A DNA stretch of 53,993 bases from a virus (IMGVR_UViG_3300045996_002343:1-53993); one strand, 5' to 3'. Positions 10,003-20,413 are shown, counted from the first letter of the stretch. The notes: a model not told the origin generated them from the letters alone. Numbers and translations are program-made.

Positions 10003-11434
10003 GTGGATGTCCAACCAGATCTGGGCAATCACTCCCGATATGCTGGGAGTAATGCAGGAGATTGCTCATCGGGAGGGTAATCTTGAAGCTGTGATGGCCA
10101 TGAGAGGCCAGCCTCTAGAGCATTCCAGCTACACCACGATGCGTGGCTCAACCGCGGTCATTGATGTAATCGGTCCCATCTCTCGTTATGGATCTTTCTT
10201 CAGCATGATCTCCGGCGGTTGCAACGTCGAGACGCTTGCAAAGGATTTCACCGGAGCTATCAACTCCGGAGGGGTCCAGAGGATCGTTCTGAACATTGAT
10301 TCTCCAGGAGGGGCTGCAAGCGGGGTCCAGGAACTGGCATCGATGATCCGCAACCTCTCCATGGAAAGCGGCAAGGAAGTAATTGGTTACGTCAGCGACC
10401 GAGCAGCTAGCGGGGGCTACTGGATTGCGGCGGCTTGCAGCAAGATCATTTGTTCTCCATCCGCAATGCTGGGATGCATCGGAGTTGTCGCAACATTCCG
10501 ATCCACTCAAGAACGTGATGAGAAGAACGGCGTGGTCTACAAAGAGATTGTGAGCTCGCTCACTCCCTTCAAAAGACCTGATCCCTTCAAGTCAGAAGGA
10601 GAGGCTCAGTATCTGAAGCTGATTGATTCGGTGGCTCAACAGTTCATCGAGTCGGTAGCTGACTTCAGAGGCTTCACCGGGTCGTTGGAAGAGAAAGCAA
10701 AATTGTGCGGCGAAGGGTTGATGTTCGTCGGACAAGAAGCGGTAGAGGCAGGACTCGCCGATGCCGTGGGTTCGTTAGAGTCCATTCTGAAAGAGCCGGC
10801 CGCGCATAAGCCGATGCCGGGGAGATCACTACAAATGAGTACCGCCAATCAAGAGGGGCCTACTGCCGGAGAACGCCTTGCGGCTTTCTTCACAGGGCTC
10901 ATCAACGGGAACTCTGAACCTCCCAAGGTGGAGGCAGCCGCAGAGACCCAAGTGCAACGATTCGAAGATACTCCTGCTTACAAGGAAGGGCTCAAGAAGC
11001 TCCAGGTACAGGCTAAGGGAGTCTTCGAGACTGCCACTGCTGACTTCATCGCTCAGCAGAAGAACTCTCTCAGGGTGATGCCTGCAGAGGAGCATCTGAT
11101 CTCCTTCCTGATGAACCAGCTCTACGAGGACGACCTTCGGGCAGCCTTCGAATCGCCCCAGCTGGTAGGTGAGGGAGCAGTGGGAGTTCAAGTAGGCAGC
11201 CGGGTCGAAGCCTTTAAGGCTCTGATTCAGAAGAGGACTCCCCACTCTCTGACGGGTGAGCGTCTGGCCGCAGTCCTTCCGGATGACGCCGCCGTGCTCG
11301 ACACCAAGGACAAAACGCCAAACTCTGGATTGGCTGAAGGAACTCCCTCTGCGGAGAGACTCGCGCGACTCAAGAGCTTGACCCCTCTGGGGTTGGAGGT
11401 CCTCAAGGACCAGAACGGGAACGGAAAGCACTAA
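9971..11434 (+). CDS. Prohead protease (peptidase S49) with C-terminal scaffold
   Basis: IDSPGG, AASGGYWIA, GCIGVV and AVEAGLAD motifs. Start moved to ATG 9971. Confidence 0.9.
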   Translation: MSQQKPLRLIEWMSNQIWAITPDMLGVMQEIAHREGNLEAVMAMRGQPLEHSSYTTMRGSTAVIDVIGPISRYGSFFSMISGGCNVETLAKDFTGAINSGGVQRIVLNIDSPGGAASGVQELASMIRNLSMESGKEVIGYVSDRAASGGYWIAAACSKIICSPSAMLGCIGVVATFRSTQERDEKNGVVYKEIVSSLTPFKRPDPFKSEGEAQYLKLIDSVAQQFIESVADFRGFTGSLEEKAKLCGEGLMFVGQEAVEAGLADAVGSLESILKEPAAHKPMPGRSLQMSTANQEGPTAGERLAAFFTGLINGNSEPPKVEAAAETQVQRFEDTPAYKEGLKKLQVQAKGVFETATADFIAQQKNSLRVMPAEEHLISFLMNQLYEDDLRAAFESPQLVGEGAVGVQVGSRVEAFKALIQKRTPHSLTGERLAAVLPDDAAVLDTKDKTPNSGLAEGTPSAERLARLKSLTPLGLEVLKDQNGNGKH

Positions 11435-11435
11435 G

Positions 11436-11861
11436 ATGCCTACTTCAGCAACCCACGTCTACACAAACGCAGGACTGCTTCCGTACATGGATCCGGACGA
11501 TGCCGTTGAAATCAGCGTCAAGCTGGTTGCATCCACTGACTACGCTGCAGGTCAAGTTCTCGGTGAAGTCGCAGCCACTCCAGGTGTCTTCGGCGTCTAC
11601 GGAGACGCAGGGGCTGGTGGTCTGGATACAGCCCGTTGCCTCCTGCACTACGACTGCCAGACGGATGCCGATGGCAAGGTCACACTTTCTCCTACTGCCT
11701 CTCAGGGAGGCGGTGAGCATCTGGAGAAGCTTGAAGGGGCACCTGCTTACTTCAAGGGAACGTTCCGGTGCCAGGATCTCACTGGACTGACTGCCGATGC
11801 AGTCGCTGATCTCGGCCGACTCATTCAGGGGACGTTCTCGGACGGCATCCTGGTAATGTAA
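11436..11861 (+). CDS. Head decoration protein (lambda gpD-like)
   Basis: Lies between protease and MCP; AGQVLG motif; 141 aa. Confidence 0.7.
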   Translation: MPTSATHVYTNAGLLPYMDPDDAVEISVKLVASTDYAAGQVLGEVAATPGVFGVYGDAGAGGLDTARCLLHYDCQTDADGKVTLSPTASQGGGEHLEKLEGAPAYFKGTFRCQDLTGLTADAVADLGRLIQGTFSDGILVM

Positions 11862-11876
11862 GGAAACCCCACTAAA

Positions 11877-12896
11877 ATGGCAACATTCGTTTACCCAACC
11901 AGCCAGGAGCTTTCCCTGATTGCTCAGGAAAAGGCCCCTCGATTGATGGCCGACAGGCCGATCTTCGACATCATGCCTGTGCGTGATGTCGATGCGTTCC
12001 TAGTTAGCTGGGAACAGATGGACAACTACACAGGGCTGCAGAACCTCCGTGGGCTGAACGGCGAACCCACGAGAGTCAAGCACCTGGGTTCCAAGCGCTA
12101 CGATATGCGCCCCGGGACCTACGGCGAGTTCACGACCATCGATGAGATGGAACTGACTGCTCGCCGTCAACTGGGAACGCACGGGACGGTGATCGACGTC
12201 AGCGACCTGGTGATGATGCGTCAGGATCATCTGTTAGGCCGCCGACTGGATCGCATCGAGTGGATCGGCTGGAAGCTTCTGACGGCTGGAATCTTCTCCG
12301 TAGCACTGCCATACGGAACTGGAGTCCTGCACACAGATGCATACACCTTCCAGACGTTTACTGCTTCCCCTCTGTGGACCGTCCCAGCAACTGCTACCCC
12401 GCTGCTGAACCTTCGGGCAATCAAGCTGCTGGGTCGTGGCAAGGGGGTCAACTTCGGCAACGGTGCTAAGCTCTACATGAACCAGACGATGGTGAATGCA
12501 CTGTTGAACAACTCCAATGCGAATGACCTCTACGGTCGACGCCACACCGGCCTGCAGACCCTCAACAACCTGGCCGACTTCAATGCACTCTTCATGGGCG
12601 ATGACCTTCCTCAGGTCGTTGTCTATGATGAGGGGTATCTGGACGAGAACGGGACCTTCCAGCTGTTCATTCCAGATGGCAAGGCAGTCCTGGTTGGTCG
12701 TCGAGCAGGTGGAGAGCGGATCGCTGAATACCAGATGACCCGCAACGTCAACAATCCGGATATGGCTCCGGGCGCCTACATGAAGGTCTTCGATCGAGGG
12801 GAAACTCACGTGCCCCGCTCCCTCGAGATCCATGATGGTCACAACGGCGGCCCGGCCATCTACTACCCAGGCTCGATCGTTGTCCTGACGATCTAA
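11877..12896 (+). CDS. Major capsid protein (lambda gpE-like)
   Basis: 339 aa after the decoration gene; RRLDRIEW, VYDEGY.DENG...FIPDGK motifs. Confidence 0.85.
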   Translation: MATFVYPTSQELSLIAQEKAPRLMADRPIFDIMPVRDVDAFLVSWEQMDNYTGLQNLRGLNGEPTRVKHLGSKRYDMRPGTYGEFTTIDEMELTARRQLGTHGTVIDVSDLVMMRQDHLLGRRLDRIEWIGWKLLTAGIFSVALPYGTGVLHTDAYTFQTFTASPLWTVPATATPLLNLRAIKLLGRGKGVNFGNGAKLYMNQTMVNALLNNSNANDLYGRRHTGLQTLNNLADFNALFMGDDLPQVVVYDEGYLDENGTFQLFIPDGKAVLVGRRAGGERIAEYQMTRNVNNPDMAPGAYMKVFDRGETHVPRSLEIHDGHNGGPAIYYPGSIVVLTI

Positions 12897-12914
12897 CAGG
12901 CCAGGAGCAATCGA

Positions 12915-13277
12915 ATGCCAAAGATTACCGAATACACAACCGACATCACCGAGGAAGCTAAATCAGCCCTCGAGGTAGCCACCAACGACGGAGAGGGATC
13001 TCCAGCTCCTGGTCAGCCAAGCGTTCAGGCCGAAGGGGGCCCATTGGAGGGCGTATCGACGACGACTGAGATCATTGCCGAAGCCGAGAAGGAACTCTCG
13101 ACGGGGGCGGCTCAGAAGTTTGAGATCGTCCACAACCTCGTAGGGACTCGCTACAAAGGAGAGCAGTTCACCTTCAAGGAGTTCTGCAAATCTCTCAACA
13201 TGGATCGAGAAGCTGGTCGAGCCGAGCTCTTCCGGCTGATCGATGCCGGAGCCGTCAAGCGAGTAGAGAAGGAATAG
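12915..13277 (+). CDS. Hypothetical protein (head-associated)
   Basis: AGGAG RBS; immediately after the MCP. Confidence 0.6.
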   Translation: MPKITEYTTDITEEAKSALEVATNDGEGSPAPGQPSVQAEGGPLEGVSTTTEIIAEAEKELSTGAAQKFEIVHNLVGTRYKGEQFTFKEFCKSLNMDREAGRAELFRLIDAGAVKRVEKE

Positions 13278-13304
13278 CGAGAGCTAGAAGGGCCCACTTC
13301 AATC

Positions 13305-13748
13305 ATGGCACTAAGCACTGCACAACTACAGCAAAAGATCCGGAGAGAAGTGGGCCTTCCTGACAATGAAGAATTGAAGCTTCAAGTCGAGGAAGCCTGG
13401 GAGCAATACGAGGATCGAGGGCTTCTGGGAAGGAGCCTTCGATACCTCTACGCGAAGCGGGACGCTCTGAACTGGATCCTAGGCCAGAACTGGAAACTCT
13501 TCAACTGGGTTGATCAAGGAGTAGTCCAGTCAGATTCGGACCGCTTCAAGCACCTGACTGAGATGCTTGACCGACTCGAAGAGGAGCTTGTCAGGATCGA
13601 GACCAGCGGAAGGAACAACCGAGTAATCGCCGTAGGGACAATTACCGCTCAGAACCCCTTGGACAATCCTTACGGATTGCCGGATCCTAACTCCAGGATC
13701 TACCGAGGAGATGCAGTCCTGAGGCGCGGAAAGATTAACCGGAGGTAA
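13305..13748 (+). CDS. Putative head-tail adaptor
   Basis: Helical 147-aa protein at the adaptor position. Confidence 0.5.
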   Translation: MALSTAQLQQKIRREVGLPDNEELKLQVEEAWEQYEDRGLLGRSLRYLYAKRDALNWILGQNWKLFNWVDQGVVQSDSDRFKHLTEMLDRLEEELVRIETSGRNNRVIAVGTITAQNPLDNPYGLPDPNSRIYRGDAVLRRGKINRR

Positions 13749-13753
13749 CTACC

Positions 13754-14167
13754 ATGGGGCTATCACCCCGCCAAGAAATCCTTTTTACCTCCGTGGTCGA
13801 TTTGTTCGAACCAGTAATGGAAGTCCAAGGAAAACTTGACTCCGATCCTGGCAAGGCCAAGAAGCGCTACCGGATCAAGCATCGAGATGTCCGTTGCTTT
13901 TGGCGTCAGTCCGTTTCGCAAACGGTCCCGCTACAGGTAGGGACTCTAGAAGCCGCAGGGCATCATACCTTTTCATTTGCAGAGGATCAAGAGATTCAGG
14001 ACGACTGGTATATCATCGATAGGACGCCTGGAACGACCGAGAACCATTCATGGCAGGTTGTGAGCAAACCCCAAAGAATTCAGAAGCGCGGCGATCGAGA
14101 CGCGGGTCAAGTCATTGTCCAAGCAATTCTGGTCGACACACCACATCAAGATATTCCAAGCTCATAA
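13754..14167 (+). CDS. Putative head-closure protein
   Basis: Position and beta-rich pattern; GGAGG RBS. Confidence 0.5.
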   Translation: MGLSPRQEILFTSVVDLFEPVMEVQGKLDSDPGKAKKRYRIKHRDVRCFWRQSVSQTVPLQVGTLEAAGHHTFSFAEDQEIQDDWYIIDRTPGTTENHSWQVVSKPQRIQKRGDRDAGQVIVQAILVDTPHQDIPSS

Positions 14168-14256
14168 TGGGACCAAAACCTTCCGGAAACATCGCGGGCG
14201 CCCTCTCTACCACCGGCGCCTGTAAGCAAGTAAGACTGATTGGGAGCTCCCGATAA
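14167..14256 (+). CDS. 29-aa ORF coupled on both sides
   Basis: TAATG overlaps at both 14165-14169 and 14254-14258; MGPKPSGNIAGALSTTGACKQVRLIGSSR. Confidence 0.4.
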   Translation: MGPKPSGNIAGALSTTGACKQVRLIGSSR

Positions 14257-14774
14257 TGCCGGTGATAGAAAGCCGATCTCTCATAAGCGACTTCTTCAAG
14301 GTCATGCGTCGAAGGATTTCCGACGTTTGGCCTGAAGTCATTGAGGAAGCCGAGGATGCTTCCGAGGGTAAAGTTCGGGGGATTTTTTCTCTAGATGAGA
14401 TGGGCGATACCCCTTTCGCAATGTTCGAAGCTCCCTTTTGCATTATCTATGTGAGTTCCTTCGACCGATCGAATTCAGCTGCAATGGATTCTCAGGAGTG
14501 GAGATGCCTCCTGGAGATTATCTATGTACGCTCTCCTGAACAAACTTCTGAAGAGTTAATGGAGAGGATGGTACAGCTACAGATCTACCTAGAGACCTAT
14601 CCCAACGACGTACTGGATGGGGTAGGTCAAATTGCCAGAGTCCACGGGATGCAGAATGCCCGTGGAGGTGCCAATGCTGCTTTCATCGAAAGGCACTTAC
14701 CTTCTAGAGCAGCTGCCATGCAAGTAGAGGCATGGATATCGAACGATCCTCTTCCCTTGGGAGATAGCAGCTAA
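14256..14774 (+). CDS. Putative tail terminator/completion protein
   Basis: Immediately upstream of the tail tube gene; size fits. Confidence 0.5.
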   Translation: MPVIESRSLISDFFKVMRRRISDVWPEVIEEAEDASEGKVRGIFSLDEMGDTPFAMFEAPFCIIYVSSFDRSNSAAMDSQEWRCLLEIIYVRSPEQTSEELMERMVQLQIYLETYPNDVLDGVGQIARVHGMQNARGGANAAFIERHLPSRAAAMQVEAWISNDPLPLGDSS

Positions 14775-15226
14775 TGGCTACAAAACCGGTTCATCTGATC
14801 GGGAGACATACTAACATCCAGATCACTCCAGCAACGATTGTTGACACGACTGGTGTACTGACAGAGGTTACTGCCAGCAACAAGAACTTTGCAGGCCGCG
14901 CAGATCGCTTCGAGATGCGGAACAATCCTGTATCGGACGAAATCTCGGCGATGGACGACGTCCAGACCAACGAGGTTGTCCTCAAGGATAACTGGTCGCT
15001 GACCCTCAACGAGATCGAGCGATACTCGGAAGTGCATCTGGCCGATCTCCTTATGGGGTGGTCGCATTTCAAGATCACTGCCATCATGGGTGGCAAAACC
15101 TGGGTCCTGTGGTGCACTTATGGACCTTCAACCTTCCCTGCTGAAATGGGGAAGAGCATCGCGTCGGTAGAGTTCCGCATCATCGCGATCGGTGCTGATA
15201 ACCCGACATACCTCCCAACTGCTTAA
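14774..15226 (+). CDS. Putative major tail tube protein
   Basis: 150 aa, beta-rich; precedes the chaperone and tape measure genes. Confidence 0.6.
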   Translation: MATKPVHLIGRHTNIQITPATIVDTTGVLTEVTASNKNFAGRADRFEMRNNPVSDEISAMDDVQTNEVVLKDNWSLTLNEIERYSEVHLADLLMGWSHFKITAIMGGKTWVLWCTYGPSTFPAEMGKSIASVEFRIIAIGADNPTYLPTA

Positions 15227-15247
15227 GGCTAGAGCAAGGAGTGATCA

Positions 15248-15715
15248 ATGCCTAAAGTGAATCCGTTCGCTAACCGGAGGCCAGGTGCGCCTCCGGTTAC
15301 CCAAATCTTTACCCATCCGGACTTTCCAGACACAGAAGTAGAGATGACACTTTCACAGATCAACTCGGTGGAAGTCTCTGTCTCGCTTGAAAAGGCACGA
15401 AACCTCTATACCCAGCATGGAGGCGAGGACGAAGATGGTAACCCTCGATACTGCATGCTGGCCGGACCCCCCTTCAAGGTGTCGCTGGAGTATCTCTCCT
15501 ACTGTACAGCTTTAGAGGCCATGCAGAAGGATAGCGACGATCCCTATGACTGGCTGGAGCTTATGGGCATGGCTCTCTACATGGAGCCTATCTTCGATCA
15601 GGTCAAGGACTTTTCAGGAAAGTTTCTACCTGATATGAAAGACCCTTTCCGGCCGGCCCGCACCTCGGATTCGTCGAAGATTGCCTCGAGCTTGGACAGC
15701 CCCACCCAGAGCTGA
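15248..15715 (+). CDS. Tail assembly chaperone (gpG-like)
   Basis: Between tail tube and tape measure; contains slippery heptamer CCCTTTC. Confidence 0.65.
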   Translation: MPKVNPFANRRPGAPPVTQIFTHPDFPDTEVEMTLSQINSVEVSVSLEKARNLYTQHGGEDEDGNPRYCMLAGPPFKVSLEYLSYCTALEAMQKDSDDPYDWLELMGMALYMEPIFDQVKDFSGKFLPDMKDPFRPARTSDSSKIASSLDSPTQS

Positions 15716-15903
15716 GCGAGAGGCATGACTTCCTGTTGAGGGGGATCTACGATCTACTTCGCCAGATCGCTGGGCAACAGGGAGTGGATGTTAGCCGATT
15801 CCCAGAAGTCACTCCACTGGGAGTTGGCTACATTCAGGATCTGACGACCATCCGGATGGAACGGGCCAAGGAATACAAGAAGGCTAAAGATGCGCAAGAG
15901 TGA
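15643..15903 (+). CDS. -1 frameshift extension of the tail chaperone (gpGT-like)
   Basis: C CCT TTC at 15643-15649; the -1 frame is open for 86 codons to TGA 15901-15903 (PFPAGPHLGFVEDCLEL...KKAKDAQE). Confidence 0.65.
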   Translation, partial: PFPAGPHLGFVEDCLELGQPHPELSERHDFLLRGIYDLLRQIAGQQGVDVSRFPEVTPLGVGYIQDLTTIRMERAKEYKKAKDAQE

Positions 15904-17551
15904 TCAAGGCGACTGGATCGATCCGCCTCCTCCTCCTGAGGACGATGGGCATCAAATAAAGAAGCCCCAGTATACCGGTCCAGCTGAAAGGTTGGGCCGT
16001 GCAAACTGGATAGAGTTGTGGGCACAGGACCGGGGAGATGAGGACGAGAAGTTCGATGCCGCCTACCTGAGGCATCAAGCGACCAAAGCCTACATTGCAG
16101 CTGATCAGGCGTTGGGCATTGAATCGGGTCGATACGCTCCCCAATTCTCTGGCCCTAATCAGGAAGTCAGTAAGTGGCAGCAGATTGTTGATGCAGTCAA
16201 GAATGCAGAGGTAGTCGCCCCAGGGCAGCTAGAGGATGCAGAATACAAGCTAGCCCAGGCCATGGATCGGCTGACCGAATCGCAGAAGCAAATGTTGATG
16301 AGGGGAAGAGTCGGGGATTTTTCAGGACCTTATCAAGACGTCCAGAAGTGGCAGAATATGCTCAATGAACTCCTCAGCAAGGGAGGAACAGCAGAGCAGA
16401 TTGCCGATGCTAACTACAAGCTCAAGCAGGCCAAGACGAAACTGGATGAAATAGAGCAGAAGCCTGATGAGGGATTCTGGAAGAATCTTGCCGATACCCT
16501 GATACCCCGCAGGTATCGTCAGATTATGCAAGTTCCCCTGCCCCCTAAGTTCACTGACTTTATGAGCCGCTTCTCTTTCATGGGAGGCTCTGGAGGGGCT
16601 GGAGGCGGAGGTCCTTGGAGTAGAGTTCTGGCTGGTAATGGAGGTTCGGGAACGTTGGGAGCTCTTCTGGCTCCGATTATGGGCAGGATAACCATCCCCG
16701 CCATCGCAACCGCAGCAGCTCTCTATCTGGTGGTCCAGGCAGGTAAGAAGCTAGTCGACCATATTGTTGACTCTGCCAGAGCCCAGGAGGAATATCGCAA
16801 GGCCATAACAGCTTCAGGATCCACGGCAGAGCAGATGGGCTTCTTCATGGCTGCTGGCTTCAGCCCCTCCCAGGCTGCCCAACAGGCAGCTGGGTTGAGG
16901 GGGCGGCTGTTTGAGGACCCCTTTGCCATTATGGCATCACTGCAAATAGGCGGCAGTGGGATGGCCGCTCCTAGATTCTCTAGAAGGGATATCAACGAAG
17001 GGGCAATTCTCCAACAGCACATTGAACTTCTCAGGCAGATCACCGATGCTGAAGAGCAACTCTATCAGGCAAGACAACTGGGCCTGGAAGGATCGCTGGA
17101 TGTAGTCAAAGCATCCGATCGGCAGTGGGAAAGGATCAAAACCGCCGGCGAGCAGACAGGCCAGGCTGGCCACACAGGCGTCCAACGGAATCTTCGAGAT
17201 GCCAGTCTCCAATGGGATGCCTTCAATCAATCTTTGCAGAACTTCAAGAACTCTACTGCCTCTATGGTAGCTCCCGCCTTCAATGAGATCCTGGGCTTCT
17301 TCACCTATCTAACCAATGCCGCTGCTGTCGGAGCTGGCAGGTTTACTCCTGGAGGTAGCGGGATAGATCCTGCAACTCAGGCCATCAAGGATAACACCAG
17401 AGAGCTTCAGCGCAACACTGGGGCAATTGCTGGCCAGGGAATCTACGGAGGTGGTGAGAGGGTTCGAGGAGCTATTCCTGCTCACATGCGCGGTGAGATG
17501 TATCGTCAGGCAATGAACGGAGCATCTTATCGCTGGGGAGCATTTGGATAG
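15890..17551 (+). CDS. Tape measure protein (short)
   Basis: Helical, Ala/Gln/Gly-rich, hydrophobic central segment, internal repeat FSGP.Q.V.KWQ...DA.YKL.QA; follows the chaperone. Confidence 0.7.
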   Translation: MRKSDQGDWIDPPPPPEDDGHQIKKPQYTGPAERLGRANWIELWAQDRGDEDEKFDAAYLRHQATKAYIAADQALGIESGRYAPQFSGPNQEVSKWQQIVDAVKNAEVVAPGQLEDAEYKLAQAMDRLTESQKQMLMRGRVGDFSGPYQDVQKWQNMLNELLSKGGTAEQIADANYKLKQAKTKLDEIEQKPDEGFWKNLADTLIPRRYRQIMQVPLPPKFTDFMSRFSFMGGSGGAGGGGPWSRVLAGNGGSGTLGALLAPIMGRITIPAIATAAALYLVVQAGKKLVDHIVDSARAQEEYRKAITASGSTAEQMGFFMAAGFSPSQAAQQAAGLRGRLFEDPFAIMASLQIGGSGMAAPRFSRRDINEGAILQQHIELLRQITDAEEQLYQARQLGLEGSLDVVKASDRQWERIKTAGEQTGQAGHTGVQRNLRDASLQWDAFNQSLQNFKNSTASMVAPAFNEILGFFTYLTNAAAVGAGRFTPGGSGIDPATQAIKDNTRELQRNTGAIAGQGIYGGGERVRGAIPAHMRGEMYRQAMNGASYRWGAFG

Positions 17552-17554
17552 GCC

Positions 17555-20164
17555 ATGGCAGATGTAAGAACTCTCTATCCTACCAATAACCGCCGCACAG
17601 TAGTCAACTTCGATGTCGGAGGAGTGACTGTCCAGATTCCGGCTCATCGGATAACCAGAGAAGGGAAGAATATCATCAATGGTATTCTTCCCGGTATGCC
17701 TCTGCCCCAGGAGGTAGGACTCTTCACATCCGGATGGTGGACCTCTGCCAATAACGGCATGTTCAAATGGATGAAGAACACCATCACTTGGGAGACCCAT
17801 ACCCTCCGAGAAGCCGATGTGGAGGCCGGTCCCTGGATAAAGGAGAACCCTCAATACAGACATCCCTCTTCTGACTTAGATGGTGTAGTGCTTCCTGGTG
17901 GGATTCAGGCAGAAGGTCAATATGCCTTTGAAAAGGAAGTTCCAGCTGGGGAGGACTGGACTTCGGAGCTGACCGTCGATGAACCGGAACCCCCTGCAGG
18001 TGAACAAACAACCACCCAGGTAGAGGACGTCTCGACAAGGCGGGCGCTGCAAGCAATTGAGAGCTTCAGAGCCAATCAGGGATTCCTTCTTGGATTCTCA
18101 CTACCAGAAGGGGTGAGCACTCGGCAGACGCTCTTTGTCTTCTATTTCGGAGGCCAGACTCCTGTCATGCCTCTCTCAGAGAGTGGGGGAAGGTTCTGCC
18201 TTCGGGTCAAGGGAGATGGGGTTGCAATCCTCTACGAGTTCCGAACATCTACTGCGGGGTTTGTGGAGCGGCACAGATTTAAGTGGGCCGAGACGGTCGG
18301 AGGCACTGGTGGCTACCACGAAATTGGTATCATGCCGCATGAACGGGACTACATAGAGTTCATCACGAAGGAAGCCGATTACGATGCCGGCCCTGCTACT
18401 TATCTCGACTTCATTATAGCCTCTATGGAGGCCCAGAAGAAACCCTGGGGAAGATCGCTATACGAAGAGACCATTGATGTAGTCGGCCATAAGCATGCCT
18501 ATTCGATGACTGGAGCAGGCAACTGTCTTCTGGACCTAGCAGAGGACTTCAACCATCCCTTCTCTATTACCAAGGTGTTCTATCCTGAAGATGGGAAGAT
18601 AGTTACTGGGATGTTCCAGGTCCCTGATATGCCCCAGGATACTCCTCTCTCACTTACCTGGAGATGGTATGGCCACGACGATACTTCCATCACTGCCCAG
18701 ATGTTTGACGGGACTACCCACGCCGCTCTGGGTGTAGACATTGATGGATACTTCCTGAGCAATCTGGGCCAGCGCAACTACTATGCCATCCTAACCCTAC
18801 ACGCCTCTCCAGATCAATACGCTTCTCCGATTCTTCAATCAGTTACCTTGAAGTCGCCGAGTTTCTCACACACCGAGCCTGCCGATATCAAGACAGGTGG
18901 GATCGTCCGAGAAGTTAACGTAACCGGTCCTGATCTCTTTCCGGATCACGATTCAGCTTCTCTGACCATCAAGGATGTCCGCAACGAGATCGGTGAGCTG
19001 CTGACCAAGCGCGGAAGAATAACCACTCAGATCGACATCGTGGAGGCAGATGACCCTGAGGAGATTGTCACCAGACTCTTTGAAGGTGAGACTGGAAAGA
19101 TTCGGGGACGCCGTAAAGTTAACGCTTCTGGACGTGGCTTCTCCAATCTCTGGATGGATTTCGATAATGCCCCCTTCGTCGGGGTGTGGGCTAGACTGGC
19201 TGATCAGGTCAATCTGGGAATTATGGACTTCTCAAAGTCCGATGAACTAGACGCCTTCAGAAAACAACTACCCTATCGAGTGACTGTCCTCGTAAGGGAG
19301 TTGCTGAATGCTGCCGGCTTCAACGATTCGCAGATCATCATTCCCACCTACCTGGATCCCATTAGGCTCTACCCATCTGCCACTGCCGGAAAAGATTATT
19401 ACACTCTACTACCAGGCAAGAGCTATATCAATGTCCTGCACCGCCTCATCCGGGAAACTTTAGGCCACTACATGGTGTGGGATCCTAACTCTGGGGTATT
19501 GCCACTGAATCCAGGAGGGGGTGCTTGGAGAATCCTTCCTAACCCCACAGCTAACTCTCTGGAGGTGTGGAACTTCGTAACAGCGAAGCCAGAAAGCTGG
19601 GGATCTTCTCCCAAGCTGACCTACGTCTCGGAAAGCTATGGAGTCAATACCTCTCCAATCTACCAGAACACCTATTTCGAGGAATGTGAGCCCCCAGAGT
19701 TCAACTACATTTCTGTAAGCGCAGCAGGATTTATCTCACCCAACAAGAACGGGAACTGGTTTCGCTACTCGAATGCTTTACAGAATCGGCCCTCGATCTT
19801 CGGATCTAGAGATCCAGAAGTGAATCCAGACTACCTCGGAAGGTATGTCCCAGTACACATCGTGGATGCAGCTATCGGGGGAGGCTCCAACGATCCTGCA
19901 GAGATTCAACGGCTGGTGAACATCGCTACCTATAGGTACTTCTTCTACGGAGCTTTTGCCAGACATCGGAAGTGCTTCTCTGCTCCTCTAATGCCAGTGT
20001 GGGGAGATGGAGACAACTATCAACTGCGCAAGCGTCCTATTCGGGTGAATGATATCATCAAGGTGGATGGCGTGAAACATATTGTTCGGTCGGCAGAGAT
20101 TGCCTACAACGATGACAAGCACCAGCAAATCCACATTGACTGCTACAAGGCAAGGTTCGGTTAA
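17555..20164 (+). CDS. Tail tip/baseplate hub-type protein
   Basis: 869 aa directly after the tape measure gene. Confidence 0.55.
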   Translation: MADVRTLYPTNNRRTVVNFDVGGVTVQIPAHRITREGKNIINGILPGMPLPQEVGLFTSGWWTSANNGMFKWMKNTITWETHTLREADVEAGPWIKENPQYRHPSSDLDGVVLPGGIQAEGQYAFEKEVPAGEDWTSELTVDEPEPPAGEQTTTQVEDVSTRRALQAIESFRANQGFLLGFSLPEGVSTRQTLFVFYFGGQTPVMPLSESGGRFCLRVKGDGVAILYEFRTSTAGFVERHRFKWAETVGGTGGYHEIGIMPHERDYIEFITKEADYDAGPATYLDFIIASMEAQKKPWGRSLYEETIDVVGHKHAYSMTGAGNCLLDLAEDFNHPFSITKVFYPEDGKIVTGMFQVPDMPQDTPLSLTWRWYGHDDTSITAQMFDGTTHAALGVDIDGYFLSNLGQRNYYAILTLHASPDQYASPILQSVTLKSPSFSHTEPADIKTGGIVREVNVTGPDLFPDHDSASLTIKDVRNEIGELLTKRGRITTQIDIVEADDPEEIVTRLFEGETGKIRGRRKVNASGRGFSNLWMDFDNAPFVGVWARLADQVNLGIMDFSKSDELDAFRKQLPYRVTVLVRELLNAAGFNDSQIIIPTYLDPIRLYPSATAGKDYYTLLPGKSYINVLHRLIRETLGHYMVWDPNSGVLPLNPGGGAWRILPNPTANSLEVWNFVTAKPESWGSSPKLTYVSESYGVNTSPIYQNTYFEECEPPEFNYISVSAAGFISPNKNGNWFRYSNALQNRPSIFGSRDPEVNPDYLGRYVPVHIVDAAIGGGSNDPAEIQRLVNIATYRYFFYGAFARHRKCFSAPLMPVWGDGDNYQLRKRPIRVNDIIKVDGVKHIVRSAEIAYNDDKHQQIHIDCYKARFG

Positions 20165-20167
20165 TTT

Positions 20168-20413
20168 ATGAAAGAACTGGCTGAAGAAAGAGAATGGGCC
20201 AGACGTAAGGCTACAGAACGAATCGGCACTGAAACCCGAATCGATCGGATCTTCAACGGCGAGCTGCAGATGGATAAGATGGAAGCATTCATCAAGAGCC
20301 TTCCCGTCGACAACCGCTATTGGTTTCCTCTGCAGGAAGTCGATGGCACTTTGATCTTCATGTATGGAGTGAGTGGATATGGAACAGCCCCTTACGGCGG
20401 AAGCGCCCCTTAA
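20168..20413 (+). CDS. Hypothetical tail-module protein
   Basis: Tightly spaced ORF ending in YG..GYG..PYGG. Confidence 0.55.
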   Translation: MKELAEEREWARRKATERIGTETRIDRIFNGELQMDKMEAFIKSLPVDNRYWFPLQEVDGTLIFMYGVSGYGTAPYGGSAP

